Notes under the pieces: generated by a model
What the model saw: only the letters and a program-made list of their open reading frames with translations
What the model was told of the DNA's origin: nothing
Databases searched by the model: none
From: Eledone cirrhosa
Taxonomy: Eukaryota
Reading direction: 5' to 3'
Length of the DNA: 64,000 bases
Assembly: GCA_964016885.1 (NCBI GenBank)
Contig: OZ024741.1
Span: 220,100,001-220,164,000 of the forward strand
Shown: positions 26,037 to 39,567 of the stretch, piece by piece
Numbering within the stretch: position 1 is the first letter of the stretch
How the letters are laid out: each line of letters opens with the position of its first letter
Translations under genes and position numbers: made by a program

Positions 26037-26205
26037 AATACATATATATACATATATATATACATACTCGGTGCCTTTTATTTTTCACCTTTCCTCTTAT
26101 TTATGCTTGTTTTACCCCCTTTCTGTCTCCTCTTTCTTGTTTCCCTTCTATCTCTGTCTTTCTTCTGTCTTATTTCTTAACTATAAGGGATACTAGATAC
26201 CTCTC
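25621..26205. repeat. Nested palindrome: arm A-(TA)n-hairpin-(TA)n-inverted arm A
   Basis: ~25718-25857 is the inverse of ~26062-26202; central 25885-25993 is a near-perfect hairpin containing the GAAACGGC..GCCGUC half of a hammerhead. Confidence 0.85.
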
Positions 26206-26319
26206 CCATTGTGTCATGGCTTACTAGTTCTCATGACTATAACAACAAAACTAGCAGAAGAACAACCAACAAAAGTGTTTAAGTGTTTAACATACAGCAA
26301 ATTATGCAACACTGGAAAT

Positions 26320-27006
26320 AATAATTGTTTCTACTTATGGCACAAGGCCAGCAAATAACCCCAGTGCATTACCGGTACTTTATTTTATCGACCTCATAAG
26401 GATGAAAGGCAAAGTTATCCTCGGCGGGATTTCAACTCAGACCATAAAGAGCCGTAACTCTTTGCTACAAACCATGGCGTCCGACCTTCAACCGATACTG
26501 CCAACCCAGAAATAATAATTGTTTCTACTTTTGGCGAAAGGTCAGCAATTACCCAGTGCATTACTGGTACTTTATTTTATCGACCCCAGAAATAATAATG
26601 AGCAGTAAAACAACAAGAAACTTCACATTATATTGATTTCTGATTTTAGGCACAAGGCCAGCAATTTTAGGGGAGGGGAAGATCGATTAAACCGACCCCA
26701 CTGTGTTAGTGATACTTTGTTTATCGACTCCGTAAGGATGAAAGTCAAAGCTAACTACGGCGGGATTTGAGCACAGAACGTTCAGGCCATAATAATGGTA
26801 ATAGTAATAATAATGGTTTCTACCATAGGCACGAGGTCAGCAATTTAGGGGAAAGGAATGTCGATGAAATCGACCCCAGTGTGTTACCGGTACTTTATTT
26901 TATCGACCTCGTAAGGATGAAAGGCAAAGCCAGAACGTAAAGGGCCGTAAGTCTATGCCGCGAAGCAGGGTGGCCAACGCTCAACCGATAGTTCCAATCC
27001 ACCATC
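26320..27006 (-). mobile_element. Cluster of about 4 tRNA-SINE copies or fragments
   Basis: Repeated GGCACAAGGCCAGCAAT, GGTACTTTATTTTATCGACC and GGATGAAAGGCAAAG. Confidence 0.8.
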
Positions 27007-27049
27007 CTAAAACTTTTTGTTATTTTATAATAAAAACCAATTCAGATAA

Positions 27050-29800
27050 ATTTGGTAAAAACAATTAAAAAGAAGAAAATTCACATTTTGGAATATGGTG
27101 AAAAGTTTGTAAAAGTTAAAATTTATGAGAAATGGGTAACCTTTACCCCACTGATCTTACCTCATAAACTACAACTGAAATCGATAATTAACGAACCACA
27201 GCAACAAAGAACACTGCGGGATCAAATGTCACTTAATAAAATGAACATGGAAATATAATTTTAATGCTACTACAAATGAAATAAAATACAAACATATTGA
27301 CCGATAAATGGAAGACGAATGAACTAAAAAAGCCGACGGACGAATTTTATAAAACCTATTAAAATTCTTGAGACGATACCATGATAATTCAGGACTTATA
27401 TCAATACAACATTAGGAAGAAATTGAAAATTGGTGCCTGAAATATGAAAAGAACTTTAAGAAAATACACTATTTAAACAGCCTTTGTATAAAGGCCGGGC
27501 GTCTGTCTGTTACTGGTACCATGTAACACAGTACAGCCTGCTTCATACTCCAGTGGTAGGTAACTAAACCGGCTCGTCCATAAGACAAGGGTGTGGTAAG
27601 AAAGGAAAGTGGAACTCCAGCAACACAATGAACAAGAGATGTTAAAACGGGTTGATGAACTCCTCAGAGTCATGGTCTATCCACCACAACTATGGGTTCG
27701 AGAGTCTCACCAACCAGCAATTCGTCAAGCGTGGTGAGTATGGCTACATCTCTGACATAATCAAAACAAAAGAGAAAGTGGTGGACGTCAACCACAGAGG
27801 CGTGCCTCCAACAGGAGCAGGAAGGGCCTGGATTGAACTGGATTTCATAAAGAAATTGAACAAAACAAAACTATTTGCAGAAACAGTCAAACTACCAATC
27901 TCAACATACCAAAAGACCAGAAATTATTTTCATCAATCCAATCCAAATACAACCAATACGCAACACCAACAACACGAAAAACATTCAATTTCTCACAGAA
28001 TCAAATTATAAAATGACAGAGGACAACCTCATAGCATAAATCCTTCGAACTGCAGAAGAAATGCAACCATATTACATATAATTCCAACAGAATTCCAACA
28101 GAATATTATGAAACATGTATGATGATTGAAAAACTATAGATCAATATAAAACAGATGAGCAAAAGGCTCCAATGATCCACAAAATAACATTCGTTCTTTT
28201 GATTATTTAGCATCGTTTATGGCCTACCTAAAATACACAACTTCAAACTGTTAAATGTGTTTGTAAAGTCTCGACAACCAAATATTTCCAGTTGCCACCC
28301 CATAAAATGTTAAACAAAGATCAATTATACAAGGCCCTGCATGTGAAACACACAGGCTGAATAACTTTCTGGGTGTTTCGCTGAAGCCCTTAAATTAAGT
28401 ATAGAGTTATATACGAGATGATCTATACATGCTGAATCACTTGCAAAAGAAAAAAAGAACAAAAAACAGTAAGCGAAAACACGATTTCTGTTATACACAA
28501 ATATATATAATTACAATTAAATATTGGTTATATAGTTACCAATTTGAATTACGCATAAAGTCACTTAATCATTGATTTAAGATTTAGATTTCAAGACAAC
28601 TATTTTAGGTTGAAATAGAACTACGAACCGACAAATATCAGGAACTGCAATTGGCACACATGCGTCAATTTAGTAATGAGATTCCATAAGGAAAATATTT
28701 ACAATCCATCGCCATTGTCCACATTTTACACACATTTAAACAAATTTTAAATCGTATTTAAATGATTACTTTATGTTACGACAGAATAACCATGACACAC
28801 TGACAGAATCTTATTACTAATCAGATTTTATCATATTTTACTTTAGTTTAGCAAATTCTGTTCTTCAGAAAAAAATCTAAACAACAACATCCAATTCACA
28901 ATGGATTTTAATCACATGAAACTAATACATTTTTTTTCATATTTTAATCATAAAAACTGATGAGAGAATAGAAACGCATATTTTTTCATAAACTCGCTAA
29001 CTTAAAACAATACTGCCTATTCACATTGAGCCATACAAAACACACTAACTTGAACATTTCTAAAGGCCTAGCTAAAAGAATATGTACAATAATATAGACC
29101 CGACTAAATGTGATCAAAGACTGGACATACTGAAAAATATATTGATTCACAGGGCCTTTCCACTTGGTTTAATCACCGATGGAATGGAGACGGTATGATA
29201 TATCGATATTGGAAATATGGAAAAATAAACAACAAAACCGAGAAAAATGTTTTACCACATACCTATGCCAACCATCAACCTCGAAAAAAACCTTCCCATT
29301 CTATATGGAGATAAAAAAGGAAAACCATTCTTTAAAATACCACAAATCATCAAAATTAAAAGAGAGCTCAAAGCACTACAAGAGAAACTTACTGGAGCCC
29401 AAAATCCGCTAGAAAATAGGGTTGAACAAACCGTGGGACATGGTTTAAATTAATTGAAAGACCAAAGTTGAAATTTAATGATTGACGAATCTTCTGAGTA
29501 AAACAGAATTCCACGTGGAAAACTTTGAAAACCTAATGTATGTGACTACATATGGTGGTTGTAAAATAAGATTGGTCAGACGGAATTGTTATTAAACAAA
29601 CGAGTGAGCATACAAATCCGTGATGAAAACACCAGACAAATCCCCTAAGTAGTTACATTGCAATATATGCTGGACAAAATAACAAAATACAAACAAACGT
29701 ATTTATTTCACGAGGCAGTCGAAGCAGCAAAAACAAAAAAAAAAGAGAGAGAGAGGGAACGCAATTACATGCGCTTGAAAAATCTTAATGGAAAATTATT
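27050..29800 (+). pseudogene. Highly decayed Penelope-like element (non-Naiad, Neptune/Poseidon-like)
   Basis: Remnants QISGTAIGTH (~28632), PSHTKHTN-like thumb (~29030) and NLMYVTT..C..IGQT GIY-YIG-like (~29530-29585); many stops; interrupted at ~27480-27880. Confidence 0.55.
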
Positions 29801-30077
29801 TGCCTATTCACCCAAGGTAACTTCACTTTTTATTAGGACTTCTGCATCAATTGGTGAACATACTACGAAACTGTTTCGGAAAGGAGGGATAAACATGCCA
29901 ATCTATATTTAGAATCCCGAGCAGCGCCGGGCCATTCTGCTAGTACAACTTTAAAATATTGCCCACGGACAGATGAATAATTTCAATTCCAGAACAACAA
30001 AGAATTAATGAAGAAGAACAATTAATTAACAAATATAAACCACACTTAAACAATTCTCATCTATTATATAATATATA

Positions 30078-30960
30078 AGGCGGTGGATTGGTAGTATCGA
30101 TAGAGGGTCGGACGGCATTCTTTGCAGCATAGAGCTACGGCCGTTTACGGCCTGAGTTCAAATCCCGCCGAGGCTAACTTTGTCTTTCATTCTTACGGGG
30201 TCGATAAAATCAAGTACCAGTAATGCAGTGGGTAATTGCTGGCCTTGTGCCAAAAGTATAATATAATATATAATTGTTTCTATTTAGGCACAAGGCCAGC
30301 AATTATCCAGTACATTACTGGTACTTTATTTCATCGACCCCATAAGGATGATATAATATATAATTGTTTCTACTTTAGGCACAAGGCCAGCAATTACCCA
30401 GTGCATTACTGGTACTTTATTTTATCGACCCCGTAAGGATGAAAGGCAAAGTCAACCTCGGCGGGATTTGAACTCAGATCGTAAAGGGACGTAACTATGC
30501 TGGAAAGCATGGCGTCCGACCCTCTACCGATACTGCCAAACCACCGCCCTGATATAATATATAATTGTTTCTACTTTTGGCACAAGGCCAGCAATTACCC
30601 AGTACATTACTGGTACTTTATTTTATCGACCCCGTAAGGATGAAAGGCAAAGTTAACCTTGGCGGGATTTGAACTCAGAATGGAAAGGGCTATAACTCTA
30701 TGCGTCAAATCATGGCGTCCGACCCTCAACCGATACTGCCAATCCACCGCCTTTCGTGATATAATATATAATTGTTTCTACTTTAGGCACAAGGCCAGCA
30801 ATTACCCAGTTCATTACTGGTACTTTATTTTATCGACCTCGTAAGGATGAAAGGCAAAGTTAACCTCGGCGGGATTTGAACTCAGATCGTAAAGGGACGT
30901 AACTATGCTGGAAAGCATGGCGTCCGACCCTCTACCGATACTGCCAATCCACCGCCCTTG
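30078..30960. mobile_element. SINE array: one + copy tail-to-tail with about 4 head-to-tail minus copies
   Basis: + copy at 30078-30260; minus copies separated by recurring GATATAATATATAAT. Confidence 0.85.
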
Positions 30961-31084
30961 ATATAATATATAATGATCTATAGATGTAAACCCCAAAACT
31001 GGTTAACTCTAAATATAAGGTACCCATATTTTAATGTGTGTACCCGAGCACATCAGTAGGCGAAGTGGTGTATGCACAACCACA

Positions 31085-31525
31085 TACACACAGACACACA
31101 CGTGTACACACAGACACATACGTGTACACACAGACACATACGTGTACACACAGGCACACACGTGTACACAGGCACACACGTGTACACACAGACACATACG
31201 TTTACACACAGACAGACACGTGTACACACAGGCACACACGTGTACACACAGGCACACACGTGTACACACAGGCACAAACGTGTACACACGGGCAGACACG
31301 TGTACACACAGGCACATACGTGTACACACAGGCACATACGTGTACACATAGGCACACACGAGTACACACAGGCACACACGTGTACACACACGTGTACACA
31401 CAGACACATACGTGTACACACAGACAGACACACGGGCACACACGTGTACACACAGGCACATACGTGCACACACATGCACACACGTGTACACACAGACACA
31501 TACGTGTACACACAGGCACGCATAC
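31085..31525. repeat. ~20-bp minisatellite (CACGTGTACACACAGRCACA)
   Basis: Direct tandem periodicity. Confidence 0.9.
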
Positions 31526-31920
31526 GCAACAAAGTAAACGAAAACTCACCATTTATCCAAAATAGCTTATTCCCGAAGACAATACTCACAAATTGCAAAT
31601 TTTCTCTAGAAGTTTCCATCAGTAGATATATTTTTATTTTAGTGTAATTACATCACAGCCCAAAACAAACTGTAACATAATCTTTAATTTTTTACTAATT
31701 TGAAGCAATCCCTCTGTAGAAGGTTCCACGAATATACGCCCACACACACCGACACACACCCACAAACCAACACACATACATACACATATATATGCACATA
31801 CACACACACATACCCACAGACACACACCACAACAATATACATCTATCTGAATTTTGATTTTATATGTATATATAAAATACAATTTTTGATATATATATAT
31901 ATATACACATATATATCAGA

Positions 31921-32027
31921 AAAGGTGTTGTAAAACACCAGGTGGACCATAACCCACCAGAGTACTCAATACTTGGGATAGTTGAGTGGGTAATATGAAA
32001 AGATTCAGGACCCCGACTGCTGAATCT

Positions 32028-32035
<8 letters not shown>
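31921..32035. repeat. Short (TA)n-flanked pLTR-tail fragment with terminal hairpin
   Basis: Shares CACCAGAGTACTCAATACTT with 25661-25680; ATATGAAAAGATTCAG..CTGAATCTTTTCATAT foldback. Confidence 0.65.
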
Positions 32036-32081
<46 letters not shown>

Positions 32082-32178
32082 TTCGTATTTCTAAAGAAAT
32101 ACGGTTTTAGGAAGCCGTGGCTATGCAAACATCGGAGCTAACGCCCTATGGTGGTTTCCAGCAGAAGCAAGGGGGACA

Positions 32179-32222
32179 ACCGTCTACGCATTTCAGGCTT
32201 AACTGGCCTTCGTCAGGACGGT
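32179..32222 (-). ncRNA. Minimal type I hammerhead ribozyme
   Basis: ACCGUC-CUGACGA-AGGC caguuaa GCCU-GAAA UGC GUA-GACGGU; 6-bp stem I, 4-bp stem II. Confidence 0.85.
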
Positions 32223-32326
32223 CCCTCCCTCCGGATCTGACTGATCAGCCAGTCTGCTAATATGCAAATCAGGCCGATTAACTGTTTTCAGTTGTAAATT
32301 GCAAACTTGACTGCCACCACACATTA

Positions 32327-32365
32327 TGAACCTGAAGATTGCGAAAGCATGAAAGTACTTGTTCA
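32327..32365 (+). ncRNA. Minimal type I hammerhead ribozyme
   Basis: UGAAC-CUGAAGA-u-UGC gaaa GCA-u-GAAAG UA CUU-GUUCA; GNRA-capped stem II, palindromic AAGUACUU stem III. Confidence 0.75.
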
Positions 32366-32581
32366 ATTAACACTTAACATTTAATATTCTACCATACTAT
32401 TTCATTCTAATACCATTATAAATTTTAAAGGATTGTAAATAAAACGAGTAAATCAGACAAAGTTGGAATTCCTTTTATTAATATATATATATTAAGCTCT
32501 GTTACCTACATAGAGCACTCTTTTCCTGGACTTTTCCGACGGAATTACTTCATTTATATATATATATATATATATAGATAG

Positions 32582-32692
<111 letters not shown>

Positions 32693-33084
32693 TGATTTAA
32701 TTATATCAAGACGATAAGAAGGATACACGAGAGATATCCGCTATAGCAGGACGCCAGTGTAATAAAAGTGATATTTTTGAATGAAATGACTATTCACACA
32801 AAGATACATCCCAATCTCAGAAACACAGTTTGATTTCCGCACCGGACTGACGGTTGTAATTGATACAAATCGATAGATATAAAGTATCCATAATAGACTG
32901 TTTACAGTTGTATTTTGGCTAAAGGCTTTAACAAACAAAACAATGATGTTTTATATAGTAAATAAAAAATCCTATCGACGTAAACAAGACATTCAATTGT
33001 TTTACTCTCACACACCTTCAATACTAAAAGCCAAACATTGGTGGTCAATGCCATTTTATAGGAAAATGTACAGATAATGGTATC

Positions 33085-33275
33085 TGATTAAAGCAGAAGG
33101 CCAGTAATATAAAGAGGAGCAGAAAGTCGATTAAATTGACTCCAGTGCATTACTGGTACTTTATTTTATCGACTCCGTAAGCTATCATCTGCAGGATTTG
33201 AACTCAGAACATAAAGGGCTGTAATTCTATGACATATGATGTTCGACGCTCTACTGATCCTGACAATCTCCCGCT
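33085..33275 (-). mobile_element. Diverged tRNA-SINE
   Basis: GGTACTTTATTTTATCGAC and GGATTTGAACTCAG motifs. Confidence 0.7.
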
Positions 33276-33474
33276 CTAAGGAAAATATAAAGATAAGGAA
33301 CAATGCCATGGAATGAGTTCTCTTCACCATCATGTTTTCTGAAAGAGAGAGAAATTGCATTGTTTCTCAAACTTCATAGCTTTGAAGAAGACATACATCT
33401 CGTGAAAACTGAAAACCACAGAACTATAACCCCGACTTCCAACCGTTAGAAACAATAGTTTATAACTTTGCCTA

Positions 33475-33720
33475 TTAATCCGTATGGTGAGCAAATGGGG
33501 TCCCACGTGCTGGCCTCCCCACAGCCCCGGTGGACAGGATGGAGAAGGCGTTTCCCCGGAGGATGATAAGGGAGATGCGCTGGAAGAGCCATTCCAGCTC
33601 GCGAGGCTCAGACCTGCGGCTGGCCAGCTCAGCGCCTATGGTGGTGAATAGGGAGGTAGCCCTAGGGCTAAGGACAGCAGAAGTCTCCAATGCCAAGGGC
33701 ACGACCGCGAACTTGGAGAG
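33475..33720 (-). pseudogene. C-terminal restriction-like endonuclease fragment of a CRE-like non-LTR retrotransposon
   Basis: VPLALETSAVLSP..EPRELEWLFQRISLIILRGNAFSIL resembles the FQRISxAIQRGNA C-terminal motif. Confidence 0.75.
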
Positions 33721-34079
33721 TAAACTTGTTATTTATTTATTTAATGAGGGCCAAAGGGGGCAATTGCCTTGAGTCCCCCTGCAGTGGGGCACCAGTGACA
33801 GTCGTAGAAATTTATTTGTGACCTCAGCTGGGCTTTTTAGTTTTAGGAGGGTTAGAATTTGGGGATTTTTATTAGCACTTGCGCCAATCCAACTTTGATA
33901 TATAAAATAGGGGAGTTTGCTGTGTATTCTATTTTTGTGTGTATTAGCTCCCCCCCCCCCCCCCCCGAACCTGAAGCGCCCGGGACTCCAAGGTCTGAAT
34001 CCAACCCTTTATATGTGTATATGGGCGACGTGCAAACAAGTACCCTCCACCTCCCTTTAGCTTGTCCATCACCGCTTTG

Positions 34080-34270
34080 TCCCGGCCCACAGGATGGAGA
34101 ATGCATAACCCCAGAGTACGTTCAGGTAGATGCGTTGGATCAGCGCTCCAACTTGTGTGCCTCGCACTTGCGGGCAGCCAACTACATTTCGATAGCAGGA
34201 AGCAGGAATGTTACCCGGGAGCCAAGAAGGCCAGAAGTCTCCACTGCATTAAAATTATTGCTGTAAATTC
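34080..34270 (-). pseudogene. Second, more decayed copy of the CRE-like RLE C-terminus
   Basis: Reverse complement reads AVETSGLLGSR.. and IQRIYLNVLWGYAFSIL. Confidence 0.6.
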
Positions 34271-34339
34271 AGACACTTAGATATGTCTAAAGCATGCAGC
34301 AATATTTAGACGTCATAAATTATTACGTCATAAATTATG

Positions 34340-37300
34340 TCTGGTCAAGTTTCTGCCTGCTACTGGTACCATGTAACCCAGTACAACATGCTGCATGGTG
34401 AAGTGGTCGGCGACTAAACCCCGCTAGAACCTGGTCAGGTCAAGTTTCTCCCTGCTACTGGTACCATGTAACCCAGTACAACATGCTGCATGGTGAAGTG
34501 GTCGGCGACTAAACCCCGCTAGAACCTGGTCAGGTCAAGCTTCTGCCTGCTACTGGTACCATGTAACCCAGTACAACATGCTGCATGGTGAAGTGGTCGG
34601 CGACTAAACCCCGCTAGAACCTGGTCAGGTCAAGCTTCTCCCTGCTACTGGTACCATGTAACCCAGTACAACATGCTGCATGGTGAAGTGGTCGGCGACT
34701 AAACCCCGCTAGAACCTGGTCAGGTCAGGCTTCTGCCTGCTACTGGTACCATGTAACCCAGTACAACATGCTCCATGGTGAAGTGGTCGGCGACTAAACC
34801 CCGCTAGAACGTGGTCAGGTCAAGCTTCTCCCTGCTACTGGTACCATGTAACCCAGTACAACATGCTGCATGGTGAAGTGGTCGGCGACTAAACCCCGCT
34901 AGAACCTGGTCAGGTCAAGCTTCTGCCTGCTACTGGTACCATGTAACCCAGTACAACATGCTGCATGGTGAAGTGGTCGGCGACTAAACCCCGCTAGAAC
35001 CTGGTCAGGTCAAGCTTCTCCCTGCTACTGGTACCATGTAACCCAGTACAACATGCTGCATGGTGAAGTGGTCGGCGACTAAACCCCGCTAGAACCTGGT
35101 CAGGTCAGGCTTCTGCCTGCTACTGGTACCATGTAACCCAGTACAACATGCTGCATGGTGAAGTGGTCGGCGACTAAACCCCGCTAGAACGTGGTCAGGT
35201 CAAGCTTCTCCCTGCTACTGGTACCATGTAACCCAGTACAACATGCTGCATGGTGAAGTGGTCGGCGACTAAACCGTCTACCCCGCTAGAACATGGTCAG
35301 GTCAAGCTTCTGCCTGCTACTGGTACCATGTAACCCAGTAATACATGCTGCATGGTGAAGTGGTCGGCGACTAAACCGACTACCCCGCTAGAACATGGTC
35401 AGGTCAAGCTTCTCCCTGCTACTGGTACCATGTAACCCAGTACAACATGCTGCATGGTGAAGTGGTCGGCGACTAAACCGACTACCCCGCTAGAACCTGG
35501 TCAGGTCAAGCTTCTCCCTGCTACTGGTACCATGTAACCCACTATAACATGCTGCATGGTGAAGTGGTCGGCGACTAAACCGACTACCCCGCTAGAACCT
35601 GGTCAGGTCAAGCTTCTGCCTGCTACTGGTACCATGTAACCCAGTACAACATGCTCCATGGTGAAGTGGTCGGCGACTAAACCCCGCTAGAACCTGGTCA
35701 GGTCAGGCTTCTGCCTGCTACTGGTACCATGTAACCCAGTACAACATGCTGCATGGTGAAGTGGTCGGCGACTAAACCCCGCTAGAACGTGGTCAGGTCA
35801 AGCTTCTCCCTGCTACTGGTACCATGTAACCCAGTACAACATGCTGCATGGTGAAGTGGTCGGCGACTAAACCCCGCTAGAACGTGGCCAGGTCAGGCTT
35901 CTGGCTGCTACTGGTACCATGTAACCCAGTACAACATGCTGCATGGTGAAGTGGTCGGCGACTAAACCGACTACCCCGCTAGAACCTGGTCAGGTCAAGC
36001 TTCTGCCTGCTACTGGTACCATGTAAACCAGTACAACATGCTGCATGGTGAAGTGGTCGGCGACTAAACCGACTACCCCGCTAGAACCTGGTCAGGTCAG
36101 GCTTCTGCCTGCTACTGGTACCATGTAACCCAGTACAACATGCTCCATGTTGAAGTGGTCAGCGACTCAACCGACAACCCCGCTAGAACCTGGTCAGGTC
36201 AAGCTTCTGCCTGCTACTGGTACCATGTAACCCAGTACAACATGCTGCATGGTGAAGTGGTCGGCGACTAAACCCCGCTAGAACCTGGTCAGGTCAAGCT
36301 TCTGCCTGCTACTGGTACCATGTAACCCAGTACAACATGCTGCATAGTGAAGTGGTCGGCGACTAAACCCCGCTAGAACATGGTCAGGTCAAGCTTCTCC
36401 CTGCTACTGGTACCATGTAAACCAGTACAACATGCTGCATGGTGAAGTGGTCGGCGACTAAACCGACTACCCCGCTAGAACCTGGTCAGGTCAAGCTTCT
36501 GCCTGCTACTGGTACCATGTAACCCAGTACAACATGCTCCATGTTGAAGTGGTCAGCGACTCAACCGACAACCCCGCTAGAACCTGGTCAGGTCAAGCTT
36601 CTGCCTGCTACTGGTACCATGTAACCTAGTACAACATGCTGCATGGTGAAGTGGTCGGCGACTAAACCCCGCTAGAACCTGGTCAAGTCAAGCTTCTGCC
36701 TGCTACTGGTACCATGTAACCCAGTACAACATGCTGCATGGTGAAGTGGTCGGCGACTAAACCCCGCTAGAACCTGGTCAGGTCAAGCTTCTGCCTGCTA
36801 CTGGTACCATGTAACCCAGTACAACATGCTGCATGGTGAAGTGGTCGGCGACTAAACCGACTACCCCGCTAGAACATGGTCAGGTCAAGCTTCTCCCTGC
36901 TACTGGTACCATGTAACCCAGTACAACATGCTGCATGGTGAAGTGGTCGGCGACTAAACCCCGCTAGAACCTGGTCAGGTCAAGCTTCTGCCTGCTACTG
37001 GTACCATGTAACCCAGCACAACATGCTGCATGGTGAAGTGGTCGGCGACTAAACCCCGCTAGAACCTGGTCAGGTCAAGCTTCTCCCTGCTACTGGTACC
37101 ATGTAACCCAGTACAACATGCTGCATGGTGAAGTGGTCGGCGACTAAACCGACTACCCCGATAGAACCTGGTCAGGTCAAGCTTCTGCCTGCTACTGGTA
37201 CCATGTAACCCAGTACAACATGCTGCATGGTGAAGTGGTCGGCGACTAAACCCCGCTAGAACGTGGTCAGGTCAATCTTCTGCCTGCTACTGGTACCATG

Positions 37301-38730
37301 TAACCCAGTACAACATGCTGCATGGTGAAGTGGTCGACGACTAAACCGACTACCCCGATAGAACCTGGTCAGGTCAATCTTCTGCCTGCTACTGGTACCA
37401 TGTAACCCAGTACAACATGCTGCATGGTGAAGTGGTCGGCGACTAAACCCCGCTAGAACCTGGTCAGGCCAAGCTTCTGCCTGCTACTGGTACCATGTAA
37501 CCCAGTACAACATGCTGCATGGTGAAGTGGTCGGCGACTCAACCGACTACCCCGATAGAACCTGGTCAGGCCAAGCTTCTGCCTGCTACTGGTACCATGT
37601 AACCCAGTACAACATGCTGCATGGTGAAGTGGTCGGCGACTAAACCGACTACCCCGCTAGAACCTGGTCAGGTCAAGCTTCTCCCTGCTACTGGTACCAT
37701 GTAACCCAGTACAACATGCTCCATGGTGAAGTGGTCGGCGACTAAACCCCACTAGAACGTGGTCAGGTCAGGCTTCTCCCTGCTACTGGTACCATGTAAC
37801 CCAGTACAACATGCTGCATGGTGAAGTGGTCGGCGACTAAACCCCGCTAGAACCTGGTCAGGTCAAGCTTCTCCCTGCTACTGGTACCATGTAACCCAGT
37901 ACAACATGCTGTATTGTGAAGTGGTCGGCGACTAAACCCCGCTAGAACCTGGTCAGGTCAGGCTTCTGCCTGCTACTGGTACCATGTAACCCAGTACAAC
38001 ATGCTCCATGGTGAAGTGGTCGGCGACTAAACCCCGCTAGAACCTGGTCAGGTCAGGCTTCTGCCTGCTACTGGTACCATGTAACCCAGTACAACATGCT
38101 GCATGGTGAAGTGGTCGGCGACTAAACCCCGCTAGAACCTGGTCAGGTCAGGCTTCTGCCTGCTACTGGTACCATGTAAACCAGTACAACATGCTGCATG
38201 GTGAAGTGGTCGGCGACTAAACCCCGCTAGAACCTGGTCAGGTCAAGCTTCTGCCTGCTACTGGTACCATGTAACCCAGTACAACATGCTCCATGGTGAA
38301 GTGGTCGGCGACTAAACCCCGCTAGAACCTGGTCAGGTCAAGCTTCTGCCTGCTACTGGTACCATGTAACCCAGTACAACATGCTGCATGGTGAAGTGGT
38401 CGGCGACTAAACCGACTACCCCGCTAGAACCTGGTCAAGTCAGGCTTCTGCCTGCTACAGGTACTATGTATCTCAGTACAACGTCTTCCATGGTGAAGTG
38501 GTCGGTGACTAAATCGGATCTCCCGCTAGACCCTGATCAGGTAAGCTCAGGCTTCTGCCTGCTACAGGTACCAGGTAAACCAGTTCAACCTGCTTTATGG
38601 TCGAGTGATCGGTAACTACACCATTTCCCCACCAGACCCAACTCTGCTCAGTTCCGGCTTCTGCCTGCTGCAGGTAACATGTAACCCAGTACAACCGGCT
38701 CCATGATCAAGAAGCCGTCGACTAAACCCT
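34340..38730. repeat. Satellite with 95-bp and 102-bp monomer variants (about 45 copies)
   Basis: Unit CTGGTCAGGTCAAGCTTCTGCCTGCTACTGGTACCATGTAACCCAGTACAACATGCTGCATGGTGAAGTGGTCGGCGACTAAACC[GACTACC]CCGCTAGAAC; diverged terminal units. Confidence 0.95.
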
Positions 38731-39303
38731 GGTCTGTAAAGGAGGGCAAGTGGAACCCTAACAGCAGAAAATAAAAAGAACTGTTAAAAGGGACGATACA
38801 TTCCTCAGCGACAACGGCCATCCACCTCCAACTAAAATATTTAAAATAAACATTCGGACTATTTATAATATCTAAATTAATCCGTTATAAAAGATCAGTT
38901 TAAACAGAAATGTTTTCAGTTAGGGACGAGAGAGGGCCAGATTAAGCGGAGGGTGGTGTCAATGCCTTGAACTCCCTCCTCATCAAACAGGCCCCATCCT
39001 CACTGAGGAAGGGTCACCACTTGAAACAGAGCTCATGCTTCTTTTATCAATGATGGTGCTTGATGAGTATATATTTGTGTATGTGTGGTTATATGCTTGT
39101 GTGTATGCGTCTGTGTGTGTGTATGTGTGAGTGTGTGTGTGTTTGTGTATAAGACGATACACACAAGACAGAAGTCAGAGGTAGGTAGTTAATTAGTTCA
39201 TTGTTTTACGATCGTTTCAGAGGGTCGATTGATCGTGAAAAATCGCTGTATCGACTAACATGGTAGTCGATATAGCGATCTTAAACACACACATACACAC
39301 ACA

Positions 39304-39414
<111 letters not shown>

Positions 39415-39424
39415 CACACACACA

Positions 39425-39476
<52 letters not shown>

Positions 39477-39512
39477 CATACACACACACACCTCTCACAC
39501 ACTCATATATAT

Positions 39513-39567
<55 letters not shown>

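Noticed and set aside
30078-30175. SINE heads as tRNA genes
   Set aside because: A/B boxes are present but no proper cloverleaf, and they are always fused to the SINE body
34340-38730. CRISPR-like appearance of long regular arrays (also 39760-41490, 42529-43008, 57785-63015)
   Set aside because: No unique spacers, no cas genes and a eukaryotic context; these are tandem satellites
39003-39040. CTGAGGA..GAAAC hammerhead-like string
   Set aside because: Stems I and III do not pair convincingly; at best a decayed relic
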